From Squalus acanthias (lineage: Eukaryota): a DNA stretch of 64,000 nucleotides. A program made the position numbers and the translations under genes. The stretch covers positions 135,410,001-135,474,000 of the forward strand of contig CM059431.1 of NCBI GenBank assembly GCA_030390025.1, read 5' to 3'. Below the pieces are notes generated by a model. It ran no database searches, was not told the origin of the DNA, and worked only from the letters and a program-made list of their open reading frames with translations. How positions within the stretch are numbered: position 1 is the first letter of the stretch; each line of letters starts with the position of its first letter. This document shows, piece after piece, positions 11,611 through 23,997 of the stretch.

Positions 11611-11952
11611 TACTTCAGCTGGAACCTAAACAGTAATTCTGGGACCACCTCAGGAGGAGGAGGAGGAGGGAGAGGAGGAGGAGGAGGACAAGAAAGAGGA
11701 CGAGGAGGTGGACGAGGAGGAAGGGAGGAGGCAGGCAGCAGATCCCCATTCCGCCCAGGCTGTCCGTGAAGGCCTCATCAGACTCCAAATCCAGTGAATG
11801 AAACCCCAGATTGTGGTTGCTCACCACATCCCCATCATACCATCCCTCTGTCACAAAATATCTCAACATCCTCCTGGGCACAAAGCTGAAATGAGAGCCA
11901 CCACAAAACAAATATTCCAAACAAAATTAATAAATTTAACACTATTCAATCA

Positions 11953-12275
11953 ACACGGTGGCATAGTGGTTAGCACTGTTACCTCACAGCGCCAGGGACC
12001 CGGATTCGAATCTGGCCTTGGGTGACTGTCTGTGTGGAGTTTGCACATTCTCCCCGTGTCTGCGTGGGTTTCCTCCGGGTGCTCCGGTTTCCTCCCACAG
12101 TCCAAAGATGTGTGGGTTAGGTTGATTTGGCTATGATAAAAAAAAAATTGACCCTTAGTGTTAGCGGGGATTAAATACGTGGGGTTATGGGGATAGGGTG
12201 GGATATGTGTCGGTGCAGGCTCGATGGGCCGAAATGGCCTCTATCTGCACTGTGGGGATTCTGTGACTTCTGTGA
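11953..12275 (+). mobile_element. HE1-like V-SINE (tRNA head, V-domain, CR1-type tail)
   Basis: A box tggcatagtgg, B box ggattcgaatc, V-domain gtctgtgtggagtttgcacattctccccgtgtctgcgtgggtttcctccgggtgctccggtttcctcccac, tail gggccgaaatggcct. Confidence 0.88.
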
Positions 12276-12289
12276 ATTACAATATGAAC

Positions 12290-14216
12290 TAATTACCCTT
12301 GTGCAATCCCTTAGTGCCTGTCGTTCGAGTGCCTTTTCCTACTCTAGTGCTCCTATGCAGTGTTCCCCCAGTGTCTGCAGCATGGCTGGTGGAAGGCTGC
12401 TGTGTTTCCATGGGGGAGACAATGGATGGCCTTGCAGAACAACCTGAACCAGCTGTGGACCGAGACAATCCAGCTGTACACTGCACCACTTCGGCACGGG
12501 TGAAAGCAGCCTTGGCTGGCTGACCGGCAACAGCAAGAGCAATGGTGGACTGGCAGTGGTGGGAGCAGGAATGCTGTCATCCTGAGAGAGGACCGCAGGT
12601 TCTTGCTCCACAGACCCACTGCCACTCCCCCGGGGTGGCCCCTCAGCATTGCTAACCATCTGTTGGAGGACACCCTGCAAGGCCCCTTTCGACACTCGTA
12701 AACCCAGCGACGATGGCAGCAGCCTGAGCTTGGGTGGCAGCAAGCTGAGCCTGCAGGAGAGCAGTCTGTGCCTCCACTGCAGCAGTGAGACATTGGGTCA
12801 CTTCCGCCTGTGCTGCAATGGAAGCTGCAACATCGCTCATCACACCCAGCATCACGGCTGGATCGACAAGGTCTCTCCTGGAGTTGTCCATCATTTCCAG
12901 CCTGGAAATCATGGGCTCCAAGCTCTGTGCAAAGCCCCGTCCATTGTTGGAGCAGGACTCCTCCATGCTCCTTGACATTGACAAGAGGCTCTCTAGCAGG
13001 CTTGCCATTGCACCAAGCATTTCGGTGTGCATGGCCATCACCCTTCTTCTGAAGGCCGCCCCATCGAGGTCATCATCTGAGTCCTGTGTAGCAGGACTTG
13101 TGTGCGAACTCGCCCTCCGGGGAGCTTCCCCCTGAGCTACCCTTTCCCTCTGGCCTTGCTGCAGCCCACTCATGCCCGGTGCCTCACCCTGTGCAGATCC
13201 CGCCTCTATACTACCCTCTACATTCCGCGCAGTACCAGTTTCTGAGCTGCTGTCTACGAGTGTCAGATGCAGTGATGATGTGTCTTCTTCTTCTCCTTCA
13301 ATTGCCTCCACAGCATGATGGACAGACTGGCCTGCTGGCAGTTCTTGGGTATCTGAAAGCAGAAAGGCACAAGAGTCGGCTAGCGGTGAGGAGAAGGGAG
13401 AAAGCAAGATATCCATGCATGCACCATCAGCAGCTTGTAAGTGAGAAGAGATTGTGGGATGAGGGGGAAGTGGGATGTAAGAAGAAGGATTAGGAATGAG
13501 CATACCGTCATTGTCAGCAAGAGCTTCAACTTTGCCCGTTGCCACGGCATTGGTGACTGCCTCTCAAATGATGTCGAGCATGGACTCCTCCAGTTGGCTC
13601 AGGTTCTGTACAGTGGCTTGGTCGTCTCCTGTCTGCCATTGTTCCCAGCAGTTATGAGCCACCTTTGACTGCAAGAGAAAGAGAAGGGTGTGAGTGAGTG
13701 TAGTGTAATGTGTTTAGGTCTTGTTCCTGCCATAGTTGAATAGCTGTCAGTGTGTGTGATGTGGGTGTGAGTGTTGCAGCAGTGGTTAGGTTGTGAGGGT
13801 GAAGTGAAGCTATGATTGTGAGTTATGAGTGGTGATCGGTGAGGCTTGTGGTGCAGATGGTGGGAATTGGCATTTGCTAAAGTCTTCACTCACCTTGACA
13901 TAAGAACATAAGAAATAGGAGCAGGAGTAGGCCATTCGGCCCCTCGAGCCTGCTCCGCCATTCAATAAGATCATGGCTTGACCTGCCGTGTAAGGTCATT
14001 AAACTTCTTTCAGCACTGGATCCATGTTCTTGGCATGACGCTGGTGGCTGTGATGTAGGTAGCGATCTCCTGCCAGAGCCTTCTACTTTTAGCCTTCGAT
14101 GGATTCCTGCCACCCTGCGGGAACAGGACAGCCTGCCTTCTTTCAACTGCCACTACCAAGGCCTCGAGTGCAGCATCTGAAAACCTTCTTGCTCTCTCTC
14201 TGGATTGTTGTGCTAT
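12290..14216 (-). pseudogene. Harbinger ORF2, Myb/SANT-like DNA-binding protein
   Basis: Exon 1 RARRFSDAALEALV...LFP...WQEIA...RTWIQC*KKFNDL (Myb/SANT-like); later exons are homologous to 5494-6559. Confidence 0.82.
13900..13976 (-). mobile_element. 77-bp 5'-truncated CR1 tail insertion
   Basis: (ataagaac)n tail plus CR1 3'UTR, flanked by TSD CTTGAC (13894-13899 / 13977-13982). Confidence 0.9.
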
Positions 14217-14514
14217 GGCTTCGATCAGGCTGACAATGAGGTGCTGCTGTAACAAAGCACCTCCCATTTAAATAGTGCAGTGAGCCTAGGCCAAACATTA
14301 CTGGCCAGTAGACTGCACCCGATATTGGCCAACCTGTTGAGTGTTAAGCCAATCGGCAGCGTGTTTAGCGCAGAGATCACCACTACAATCATTATAATGA
14401 GCAGGCAGAACTAATTTTGCGTGCTGCCTGGACTACTATCAATGGGCGGAGGCAAATAGCGCTGGCCCTTGAAACCATCTGTTTTCGAGCCTTATCCAAT
14501 TTCTAGGCCATCGA

Positions 14515-15896
14515 TTCCAAATGCTTTTTTAATAGCTTTCTCAACTTACTCTGCCACCATCAAAGATTTTTGTATGTAGAACCCCCAGGTCTCTGTTCCT
14601 GCACCCCCTTTAAAATTGTAAAATTTTGTTTATATTGCCTCTCCTCATTCTTCCTACCAAACTGCATCACTTCAAACTTCTATGTGTTAAATATCATCTG
14701 CCATGTGTCTGCCCATTTCACCAGTCTATCTATCTCCTCCTGAAGTCTTTTACTATCTTCCTCACTGATCTAGACGAGGGAACTAGATGTAATATCTCCA
14801 AGTTTGCAGACGATACAAAGCTGGGTGGGCGTGTGTGCTGTGAGGAGGATGCAGAGAAACTCCAGTATGATTTGGATAGGTTGGGTGATTGGGCAGATGC
14901 ATGGCAGATGCAGTATAATGTGGATAAATGCGAGGTTATCCACTTTGGTGGCAAAAACAGGAAGGCAGATTATTATCTGAATGGCAAAAGATTGAGAAAA
15001 GGGGAAGTGCAACGAGACCTGGGTGTCCTTGTGCACCAGTTGCTGAAGGTAAGCATGCAGGTGCAGCAGGCGGTTAAGAAGGCAAATGGTATGTTGGCCT
15101 TCATAGCGAGAGGATTCGAGTACAGGAGCAAGGATGTCTTGCTGCAGTTGTACAGGGCCTTGGTGAGATCACACCTTGAGTATTGTGTGCAGTTTTGATC
15201 ACCTTATCTGAGGAAGGTTGTTCTTGCCATGGAGGGAGTGCAGCGAAGATTCACCAGACTAATACCTGGGATGGCAGGAATGACGTATGAAGAGAGATTG
15301 GGTCGATTGGGCTTGTATTCACTAGAGTTTAGAAGAATGAGAGGGGTTCTCATTGAAACTTATAAAATTCTAACAGGACTAGACAGACTAGATGCAGGAA
15401 GGATGTTCCCGATGGCGGGGGAGTCCAGAACCAGGGGTCACAGTCTAAGGATAAGGGGTAAGCCATTTAGGACTGAGATGAGGATGAATTTTTTCACCCA
15501 GAGAGTGGTGAACCTGTGGAATTCTCTACCACAGAAGGCAGTTGAGGCCAATTCATTAAATATATTCAAGAAGGAGTTCGATATATTTCTTAAGGCTAAA
15601 GGGATCAAGGGATATGGGGAGAAAGCAGGGACAGGGTACTGAATTTGGATGATCAGCCATGATCTCATTAAATGACGGAACAGGCTCGAGGGGCCGAATG
15701 GCCTACTCCTGCTCCTATCTTCTATGTTTCTATGTTACTACATTTCCGAAGTTTGTTTCATCTGCAAACTTTGAAATTATTCAGTGTATTGCCAAGTCCA
15801 GGTCATTAATATATATCAAAAAGAGCAATGGCTCTTAGCACCGACCCCTAGGGGACAACACTGTATACTTACCTCCAGTCTGAAAAACAACCATTC
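14515..15896 (-). mobile_element. Old CR1 fragment split by a younger CR1
   Basis: Minus-strand RT remnants at 14515-14765 and 15736-15896 (tcatctgcaaacttt = KFADE/D). Confidence 0.7.
14766..15735 (+). mobile_element. CR1 LINE 3' part (RT C-terminus and tail)
   Basis: SKFADDTKLGG...HLEYCVQF...; tail tctatgtttctatg; very similar to 27718-28633. Confidence 0.95.
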
Positions 15897-18800
15897 TTTT
15901 TTTTATTCATTCCTGGGATGTGGGTCTCGCTGACAAGGCCAGTATTTATGGCCCATCCCTAATTGCCCCTGAGAGGCTGGTGGTGAGCCGCCGCCTTGAA
16001 CCGCTGCAGTCCTTGTGGTAAAGGTACTCCTACAGTGCAGTTATGGAGGGTGTTCCAGGATTTTGACCCAGTGCCGAGGAAGGAACGGCGATATATATTC
16101 AAGTCAGGATGGTGTGTAACTTGGAGGGGAACTTAGAGGTAATGATGTTCCCATGTGTCTGCTGCCCTTGTCCTTCTAGGTGGTGGAGGTCGCGGGTTTG
16201 GGAGGTGCTGACGAAGAGGCCTTGTCGAGTTGCTGCTAATGCCATTGAATGTCAAAGGGAGGTGGTTAGACTTTCGCTTGTTGGAGATAATCATTGCCTG
16301 GCACTTGTGTGGCGTGAATGTTACTTGCCACTTATCAGCCCAAGCCTGAATGTTATCCAGGTCTTGCTGTATCAGGACATGGACTGCTTCATTATCTGAA
16401 GTGTTGCGAATGGAACTGAACACTGCAAAATTATCAGCAAACATCCCCACTTCTGACCTTATGATGGAGAGAAGGTCAATGATGAAGCAGCTGAAGATGG
16501 TTGGACCTAGGACACTGCCCTAAGGAATTCCTGCAGCATTGTCCTGGGGCTGAGATGATTGACCTCCAACAACCACAACCATCTTCCTTTGTGCTAGGTA
16601 TAACTTCAGACAGTGGAGAGTTTTCCCCCTGATTCCCATTGACTTCAATTTTACTGGGGCTCCTTGATGCCACATTCGTTCAAATGCTGCCTTGATGTCA
16701 AAGGCAGTCACTCTGGAATTCAGCTCTTTTGTCCATGTTTGGACAATGATGTCTGGAGCCGAGTGGTCCTGTTGGAACCCAAACTGTGCATCGTTGAGCA
16801 GGTTATTGGTGAGTAAGTGCCGCTTGATAGCATTGTCGACGACACCTTCCATCACTTTGCTGATGATTGAGAGTAGACTGATGGGGTGGTAATTGGCCAG
16901 ATTCGATTTGTCCTGTGGACAGCACGTACCAGGGCAATTTTTCACATTGTCGGGTAGATGCCAGTGTTGTAGCTGTACTGGAACAGATTGGCTAGATGCG
17001 CGGCTAGTTCTGGAGCACAAGTCTTCAGTACGACAGCTGGGAAGTTGTCGAGGCCCATAGCCTTCGCTGTATCCAGTGCGCTTAGCCGTTTCTTGATATC
17101 ACGTGGAGTGAATCGGATTGGCTGAAGACTGGCCTCGGTGATGGTGGGGACCTCAGGAGGAGACCGAGATGGATCAGCCACTCGGCATTTCTGGCTGGAG
17201 ATGGTTGCAAATGGTTCAGCCTTGTCTTTTGCACTCACGTGCTGGGCTCCACAATCATTGAGGATGGGGATATTCATGGAGCCTCCTCCTCCCATTCGTT
17301 GTTTAATTGTCCACCACCATTCACGACTGGATGTAGCAGGACTGCAGAACATTGATCTGATCCGTTGGTTGTGGGATCACTTAGCTCTGTCTATAGCATG
17401 CTGCTTCCACATTTTAGCATGCATGTAGTCCTGTGTTGTAGCTTCCCCAGGTTGGCACCTCATTTTTAGGTACGCCTGGTGCTGCTCCTGGCATGCTCTT
17501 CTGTTCTCCTCATTGAACCAGGGTTGGTCCCCTGGCTTGATGGTAATGTTAGAGTGAGGGATATGCCAGGCCATGAGGTTACAGATTGTGGTGGTATATA
17601 ATTCTGCTGCTACTGATGACCCACAGCACCTCATGGATGCCCAGTTTTGAGCTGCTAGGTCTGTTCTGAATCTATTCCATTTAGCACGGTGGTAGTGCCA
17701 CACAACACGTTGGAGGGGTCCTCAGTGTGAAGACGGGACTTCGCCTTCACAATGAATGTGCGGTGGTCACTGCTACCAATACTGTCATGGACTGTTGCAT
17801 CTGCGACAGGTAGATTGGTGAGGAAGAGGTCAAGTAGGTTTTTCCCTCGTGTTGGTTCTCTCACCACCTGTCGCAGGCCCAGACTGGCAGTTATGTCCTT
17901 CAGGACTCGGCCAGCTCGGTCAGTAGTGGTGCTACCGAGCCACTCTTGGTGATGGACATTGAAGTCCCCCACCCAGAGTACCTTTTGTGCCCTTGCTACC
18001 CTCAGTGCTTCTTTCAAGTGGTGTTCAACAGGAGGAGTACTGATTCATCAGCTGAGAGAGGGCGGTAGGTGGTAATTAGAAAGGATATACTTGCCATAGA
18101 GGGAGTGCAGCGAAGGTTCACCAGACTGATTCCTGGGATGGCAGGACTGTCGTATGAGGAGAGATTGGGTCGACTAGGCCTGTATTCACTAGAGTTTAGA
18201 AGAATGAGAGGGATCTCATTGAAACATATAAAATTCTGACAGGGCTAGACAGACTGGATGCAGGGAGGATGTTTCTCCTGGCTGGGGGTCTAGAACGAGG
18301 GGTCACAGCAGTCTTAGGATACTGGGTAGGACATTTAGGACTGAGATGAGGAGAAATTTCTTCACTCAGAGGGTGCTGAACCTGTGGAATTCTCTACCAC
18401 AGAAGGCTGTGGAGGCCAAGTCACTGAATATATTTAAGAAGGAGATAGATAGATTTCTAGACACAAAAGACATCAAGGGGTATGGCGAGAGAGCGGGAAT
18501 GTGGTATTGAGATGGAGGATCAGCCAGGATCATATTGAATGGCGGAGCAGGCTCGAAGGGCTGAATGGCCTTCTCCTATTTTTCTATGTTTCTATGTAAT
18601 CAGCAGACAGTTTCCTTGCCCATACTTGAGCTGAAGCCACGAGACTTCATGAGGTCCGGAGTCAATGTTGAGGACTCCCAGGGCCACTCCCTCCCGACTG
18701 TATACCACTGTGCCACCACCCCTGGTTGGTCTGTCCTGCCGGTGGGACAGGACATACCCAGGGATGGTGATGGAGGAGCCTGGGACATTCGCTGAAAGGT

Positions 18801-19331
18801 TTAAATCTGTGAGTATGACTATGTCAGGCTGTTGCTTGACTAGTCTGTGGGCCAGCTCTCCCAATTTTGGCACAAGTCCCCAGATGTTAGTAAGGAGGAC
18901 TTTGCAGGTTTGATTGGGCTGGGTGTTCCTTTGTCGTGTCCGAAGCCAGTGCCTGGGTGGTCCATCCGTTATTTTTCTTATTATTGTTTTCCGTAGTTGG
19001 TACAACCTAGTGTTTTGCTGGGCCATTTCAGAGGTCAGTTAAGAGTCAACCACATTGCTGTGGGTCTGGAGTTACATATAGGCTAGACCACGTAAGGACG
19101 ACAGATTTCCTTCCCTAAAGGACATTAGTGAACCAGATGGGTTTTTACGAGAATTCGATAGTTTCATGGTCACCATTACTGATTATAGCTTTTTATTCCA
19201 GATTTAATTAACTGAATTTAAATTCCCCAGCTGCCGTGTTGGGATTTGGCACTATCACCGTGCTAAATGGGATCATTAGGCCAGTCCTCTGGATTACTAG
19301 TCCAGTAACTTAACCACTATGCTACCGTACC
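15897..19331 (-). mobile_element. tRNA-headed single-ORF LINE (CR1/L2 group EN-RT), copy 1, decayed
   Basis: tRNA-like head at ~19235-19331, then APE endonuclease (LTNIWGL, DIVILT, GDFNVH, LLDL, SDH) and RT (KAMGLDN, FDIKAAFERMWH, MFADN); 3' tail gggatgggccataaat...poly(A). Confidence 0.88.
18076..18596 (+). mobile_element. CR1 3' fragment inserted in the tRNA-headed LINE
   Basis: CR1 ORF2 end and tail; short duplication (g)taat at both junctions. Confidence 0.9.
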
Positions 19332-19334
19332 TGA

Positions 19335-20370
19335 TAAACCACTACTCTCTACTTTCCGACTCATAGCCAATGTTGTATCCACGCTGCCACTGCCTCTTTA
19401 ATCCCATGGGCTTTGATTTTGCTAACAAGTCTATTATGTGGTACTTCTGCAAATCCTTTTGAAAGTCCATATATGCAACATAAACCACGTTACCTCCTCT
19501 CCGTTTGTTCATCAAAGAACTCAATCAAGTTAGCCAAACATTTGCCTTTAACAAATTCGTGCTGGCTGCCATTTATTCACCCATATTTTTCTAAGTGACA
19601 ATTAATTTTGTCTCAGTTTATTGTCTCTAAAATTTCCCCCACCGCCGACGTTAGGCTGACCGGCCTGTAGTTGCTGGGTGCATCCTTCTGACCTTTTTTG
19701 AACAGGGGTTTAACATTTGCAATCCTCCATTCTTCTGGCACCACTCCCACATCTAAGGAGGATTGGAAGATTGTGGCCAGAGCCTCTGCCTATTTCCACC
19801 CTTACTTCCCTCAGTAATGTAGGATGCATCCCATCCAGACCGGGTGACTTTTCCACTTTGAGGGCTGCCAACTTTTAAGTACCTCCTCTTTATTTATTTT
19901 TTTCCTATCCAATTTCTCTACCACCTGCTCCTTTACTGTAACATTGGCAGCATCCACTTCTTTGTGAAGACAGATGGAAAGTACTCATTTCGTACCTCAG
20001 CAATGCCCTCTGCCTCCACAAAAATATCTCCTTTTTCATCCTTATTTGGCTCCACTTCTTTTGACTATCCTTTTACTCTTTATATATTTATAAAAGATTT
20101 TATTGTTCCCTTTTATGTTACCCACTAATTCTCTTTGCGCCTCTTATTTCCATTTTTCAGCTTTCTTCTGCACTTTTTGTATTCAGCTTAATTCTCTACT
20201 GTATTATGAATCTGACATTTATTAAAAACCTCCGGTATCTGTTTCATTTCAACCTCAATTTCCTTAGTCATCTCAGGAGCTCTAGCCTTAGATGCCCTTC
20301 CTATCCCCCTCATAGGATGTTTCTAGTTTGTACCCGAACCATCTCCTCTTTGAAGGCCTTCCATTGAACA
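19335..20370 (-). mobile_element. Degenerate CR1 ORF2 fragment
   Basis: YMDFQK, reverse complement of NYRPVSLTS, and KSPG motifs. Confidence 0.8.
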
Positions 20371-20374
20371 TTTT

Positions 20375-21560
20375 GGGCTAGAAATTCGGTATGTTAGCGC
20401 CTCCCGTTAGCGCCTAGCAGGGGCGTGATCGGGGTGCTAAGGGGTTAGCGCCCGGGCGTGTCGAATGCAGTGATGCCCGCGAACTTCAGTGCCGGTTTAA
20501 TGCTAGCACTAACTCTAAACGCCTGGGCCTCTAGCGCCTCGCAGATCGTGACGTCATAAAGTGCGCAGCGCTCCGTTACCATCCCGGATGGAAAATTCAC
20601 TCGCGCCCCCTGCTTTTTTGCATCGCACCGACAACGCCAGCAAGAGGAGGCATTGTGAACTCAGCTGGCCTCTTCAGGAGCGGTAATTAAAGGGAATGAT
20701 TTTCAGCTAGTGCATCCTTTATTATTTGCACCAGCCTGGTGCCTGCTCAAAGTTTTTAATGTTTCATTGGTGCAAGATGTCCAAACCCTCCACTTTGTGA
20801 GAGTGTTTGGGGCTGTAATGGCAGTCGCCCAGGTCGCCTTGCAAAACAGTACTCAGATGGGGATGTGAGTATGTACATAGAGAGAGAGGGATGGGTGGAT
20901 GTGCAAGGTATGTTGGTGTGAGTAATGATGTGCAGGAGTAGGCTTGGGAAGGCAGAGTAATGGGGATGTAGGTGAGTGTGGCATTGCACTCACCTTTCCT
21001 AACCTCATCAGATCATTTAGTCGTTTCCTGCACTGTATTCAGGTCCTCCTGACCACATCCCTGCTGCTGACCGCCTCAGCAATTTCCAGCCAGACTCTTC
21101 GGGGGTGATTTTCTCACTGGAGGCGAGATGGAGGTGGGTTTCGGTTTGGGTGGGTTTGAAACCCGCCTCCACTGATAGTTTTCAAAAATTTGCGATTTTC
21201 CCATGATTGGCCACTTGATTTCAGAGGTGTGGGATGCCCTTGGTCAATTAGTGTTTTTGGACTGAAACTCGCCTCTGTTGACATCACTTTTCCAGTCTGA
21301 TTTTATGGCTTCTTGCTGCCTTGGCTCATTCCGCAGGATTTATGCCTATGCTGCTCCACCTGCAACATATTCTTAGAAACCACTATGTCCAATTCCAAGA
21401 CAAGGGCCTCCCTGAGGCTCTCGGATGAGGCGCTGCAAATGTTGTTTGAGGGGGTGAGAGCTAGCAGGGAGGTGCTCTTCCACTCATCTGGGAGGAAGAG
21501 GCCTACCAAAGAAACCAAGGCTGTGTGGGTCCGGCTGGCAGGGGATATAAACTCCAGATC
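20375..21560. mobile_element. Harbinger-derived fragments (GC-rich terminal region and two Myb/SANT exon remnants)
   Basis: gggctagaaatt end with many agcgcc subterminal motifs; minus-strand Myb remnant at ~20990-21100; plus-strand RLSDEALQMLFEGV...VLF...W at 21385-21560. Confidence 0.7.
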
Positions 21561-21811
21561 TGTGTGCAGATTGGGAGAATGTTTCTGTGTATTGATGAAA
21601 TGCCATCCCTGTTGGAAAGCATTAAAATGATTTGATGCCAAAATGTTGGCGTTATGGCATCGGTTCTTTTGCCTTAGGCAGCTCCACATTGCGGGCACCG
21701 CCACACTTCCATTGTCAGGTTGGTGGCCTGAGTGAAAGGAGGTCAGAGAGTTTAGTCCATTGTCAATGATGTCTTAGGATGGAGCCAAGGACATGTGCCA
21801 ACTTGGGCTAC

Positions 21812-23050
21812 CTACGCAAATCTGGCCATGATAAGTTCATCCCTTGTATCCCGGGCAGCCTTGTGCTCGCGTGCTGCTGCTGCTGCTGGTCGATACACCG
21901 GCGCTCTGACCTCCTCCTGCTCCTCCTCCTCCTCCAGATCCTCCTCCTCCTCCTCCTCAGCCTCCTCCTCCTCCTCCTCCTCCTCCTCATCCGAGGAGGG
22001 CTGGAACTGAGCCGCTTGCTCATCAGGATGCTGCAAGCCACGACACTGTGTGATGTTGTGCAGTGTACAGCAGACCACGACCATTCTGGAGACCCTGTAT
22101 GGTGTATACTGCAGGGTCCTGATCGGTCAAGGCAACGGAAGCACATCTTCAAAAACCCAATGGTTTGCTCGATGATGGACCTGGTCGAAGTGTGGCTGGC
22201 ATTGTAGTGCTCTTCAGCCTCGTTAGCTGGCCTCCTGATTTGTCACCAAGGAGCCATCCATTAAGTTGGTTTGGTGGATTGAAAAGCGGAGGAACACTGG
22301 AGTGCCGCAGGATGAAAGAGTCATGGCAACTACCACAGAACTTGCTGCAAACATTCAAAAACTCCTCCTTGTGGTTACACACCAGCTGTACGTTGAGGGA
22401 GTGGAAGCCCTTTCGGTTGACAAAGATAGCTGGGTTGTGATGGGGTGCTCTAAGGGCCACATGTGTGCAGTCTATGACGCCCTGCACCATTGGCATGCCT
22501 GCCATATTTGCAAAGCCAACCGAACGGGCGGTTATACTTGCTTGATCCCTTGAGAAGTGGATGTAATTGTGGGCCTTAGCAAAAAGGGCATCAGTAACCT
22601 GCGTGATGCAACTGTGGGCGGCCGACTGAGAGATGCCGCTGATGTCTGCTGATGATCCCTGGAAGGAGCCTGAGGCAAGGAAGTTGAGTGTGGTGGTGAC
22701 TTTGACAGCCACTGGTAAGGGATGTCCACCCGTTCCTCTGGGCACCAGGTCTTGCTGCAGCAGGCCACAGATCTCTTGGACAACCTCTCGTGAAAATCTC
22801 AGCCTCCTTTGGCACTGCTGCTCACTCATGTTGAGGTAGCTCATCCTTTGTAAACCCTCTGTTGAAGGTATCTCCTGCGATGAGGTGCCTCGATGCGCTG
22901 GCGCCTTCTGCCCTGTGCAGCATCAGGTGGCTGAGCAGGAGGTTGGGGCTCCTGCTGCTGTTGCTGCCTGAGCTGCCTGGTTCTGCTGCTTCCGTGGATG
23001 CTCCTCATCCTCATCTGAGTCCATGCAGAAAGAAAACGAATGGTTCCCAT
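21812..23050 (-). pseudogene. Harbinger (HARBI1-like) transposase, frameshifted
   Basis: [66 protein letters not shown], poly-E tail. Confidence 0.92.
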
Positions 23051-23328
23051 GCTGCTTGCAGATGCCTCCTTTGGGGAAGCGCTCACTGCAAGCGGGAAGA
23101 GGGTCTTCCAAGGAGGTCCCACAGTTGATAGATTGCAACCCAAATGTTCCTTTTGAGAGGTTTAGATGACTCTCATAAACTACTCAAACTTCACTGAAGT
23201 GGTTTACAATATTGTCTGATCCCCTCTGTGGAATTATTGCCTTGCAACTCTCTCCCTAATATCCATTATCTGATTGTTTTGCATATGGCACTTAATGTTC
23301 TTTTCACAAGTATGAGAGACCCTGAACT

Positions 23329-23759
23329 TTTTTTTTTATTCGTTCTTTGTGATGTGGGCGTCGTTGGCAAAGCCAGCATTTATTGCCCATCCCTAATTGC
23401 CCTTGAGAAGGTGATGTTGAGTCGCCTTCTTGAACCGCTGCAATACGAGTGGTAACTGAGTGGCTTGCTGGGCCATTTCAGAGTCAACCACATTGCTGTG
23501 GGTCTGGAGTCATATATAGGCCAGACAAGGTAAGGATGACAGATTTCCTTCCCTAAAGGACACTAGTGAACCAGATGGGTTTTTACAACAATCCAGTAAT
23601 TTCATAGTCACCCATACTAGCTTTTTAATTTCAGATTTATTTAATTAACAGCAGCAGCATCCCAGCATTCATGGTGGGATTTGAACTCGTGTCACTGGAT
23701 CATTAGTCCAGGCCTCTGGATTACTAGTCCAGTAACATAACCACTATGCTACCATTCCC
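23329..23759 (-). mobile_element. tRNA-derived SINE made of the 5' head and 3' tail of the tRNA-headed LINE
   Basis: A box tagcatagtgg, B box gttcaaatcc; body matches 55953-56235; tail matches ~58255-58333. Confidence 0.88.
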
Positions 23760-23997
23760 TTGATCATTTACATAAATGATTTGGACTCGTCAATCGAATA
23801 TACATTATCAAAATTTGAGGATGATACCAAATTGGGAGGCACAGTTAATACTGAGGAAGAATGCACAAAATATAAATTGATGTGAACAAATTTGCAAAAT
23901 GGGTGTTTAAATGGCAAATGAATTTCAATATAAATAAGTGTGAGGTAGTGCATTTTAGTAGGAAGAATAAGGAGGCCAGCTACTCCTTGGAAAATAA

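Larger units (their letters stand above)
11620..14509. mobile_element. Harbinger transposon B, right half (acidic transposase tail on +, multi-exon ORF2 on -)
   Basis: Acidic tail at 11650-11800; ends ...tccaatttctaggcc (TIR-like, resembles the 3694 end). Confidence 0.75.

Noticed and set aside
11953..12025. Possible tRNA gene
   Set aside because: It continues into the V-domain and LINE tail, so it is a SINE head; the same applies to the heads at 19235-19331, 23670-23759 and 55953-56045.
14626..15198. 190-aa ORF with a hydrophobic N-terminus fused to RT
   Set aside because: The N-terminus is antisense of an older CR1 read through an insertion junction, and the frame stops prematurely.
21905..21995. 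(CCT)n microsatellite with poly-Leu/Ser/Arg ORFs
   Set aside because: It encodes the poly-Glu tail of the Harbinger transposase; the other frames are shadows.
21812..23050. Domesticated HARBI1 host gene
   Set aside because: It has frameshifts and a deletion after GDK, sits among other decayed copies and has an adjacent Myb remnant, so it is a transposon relic.
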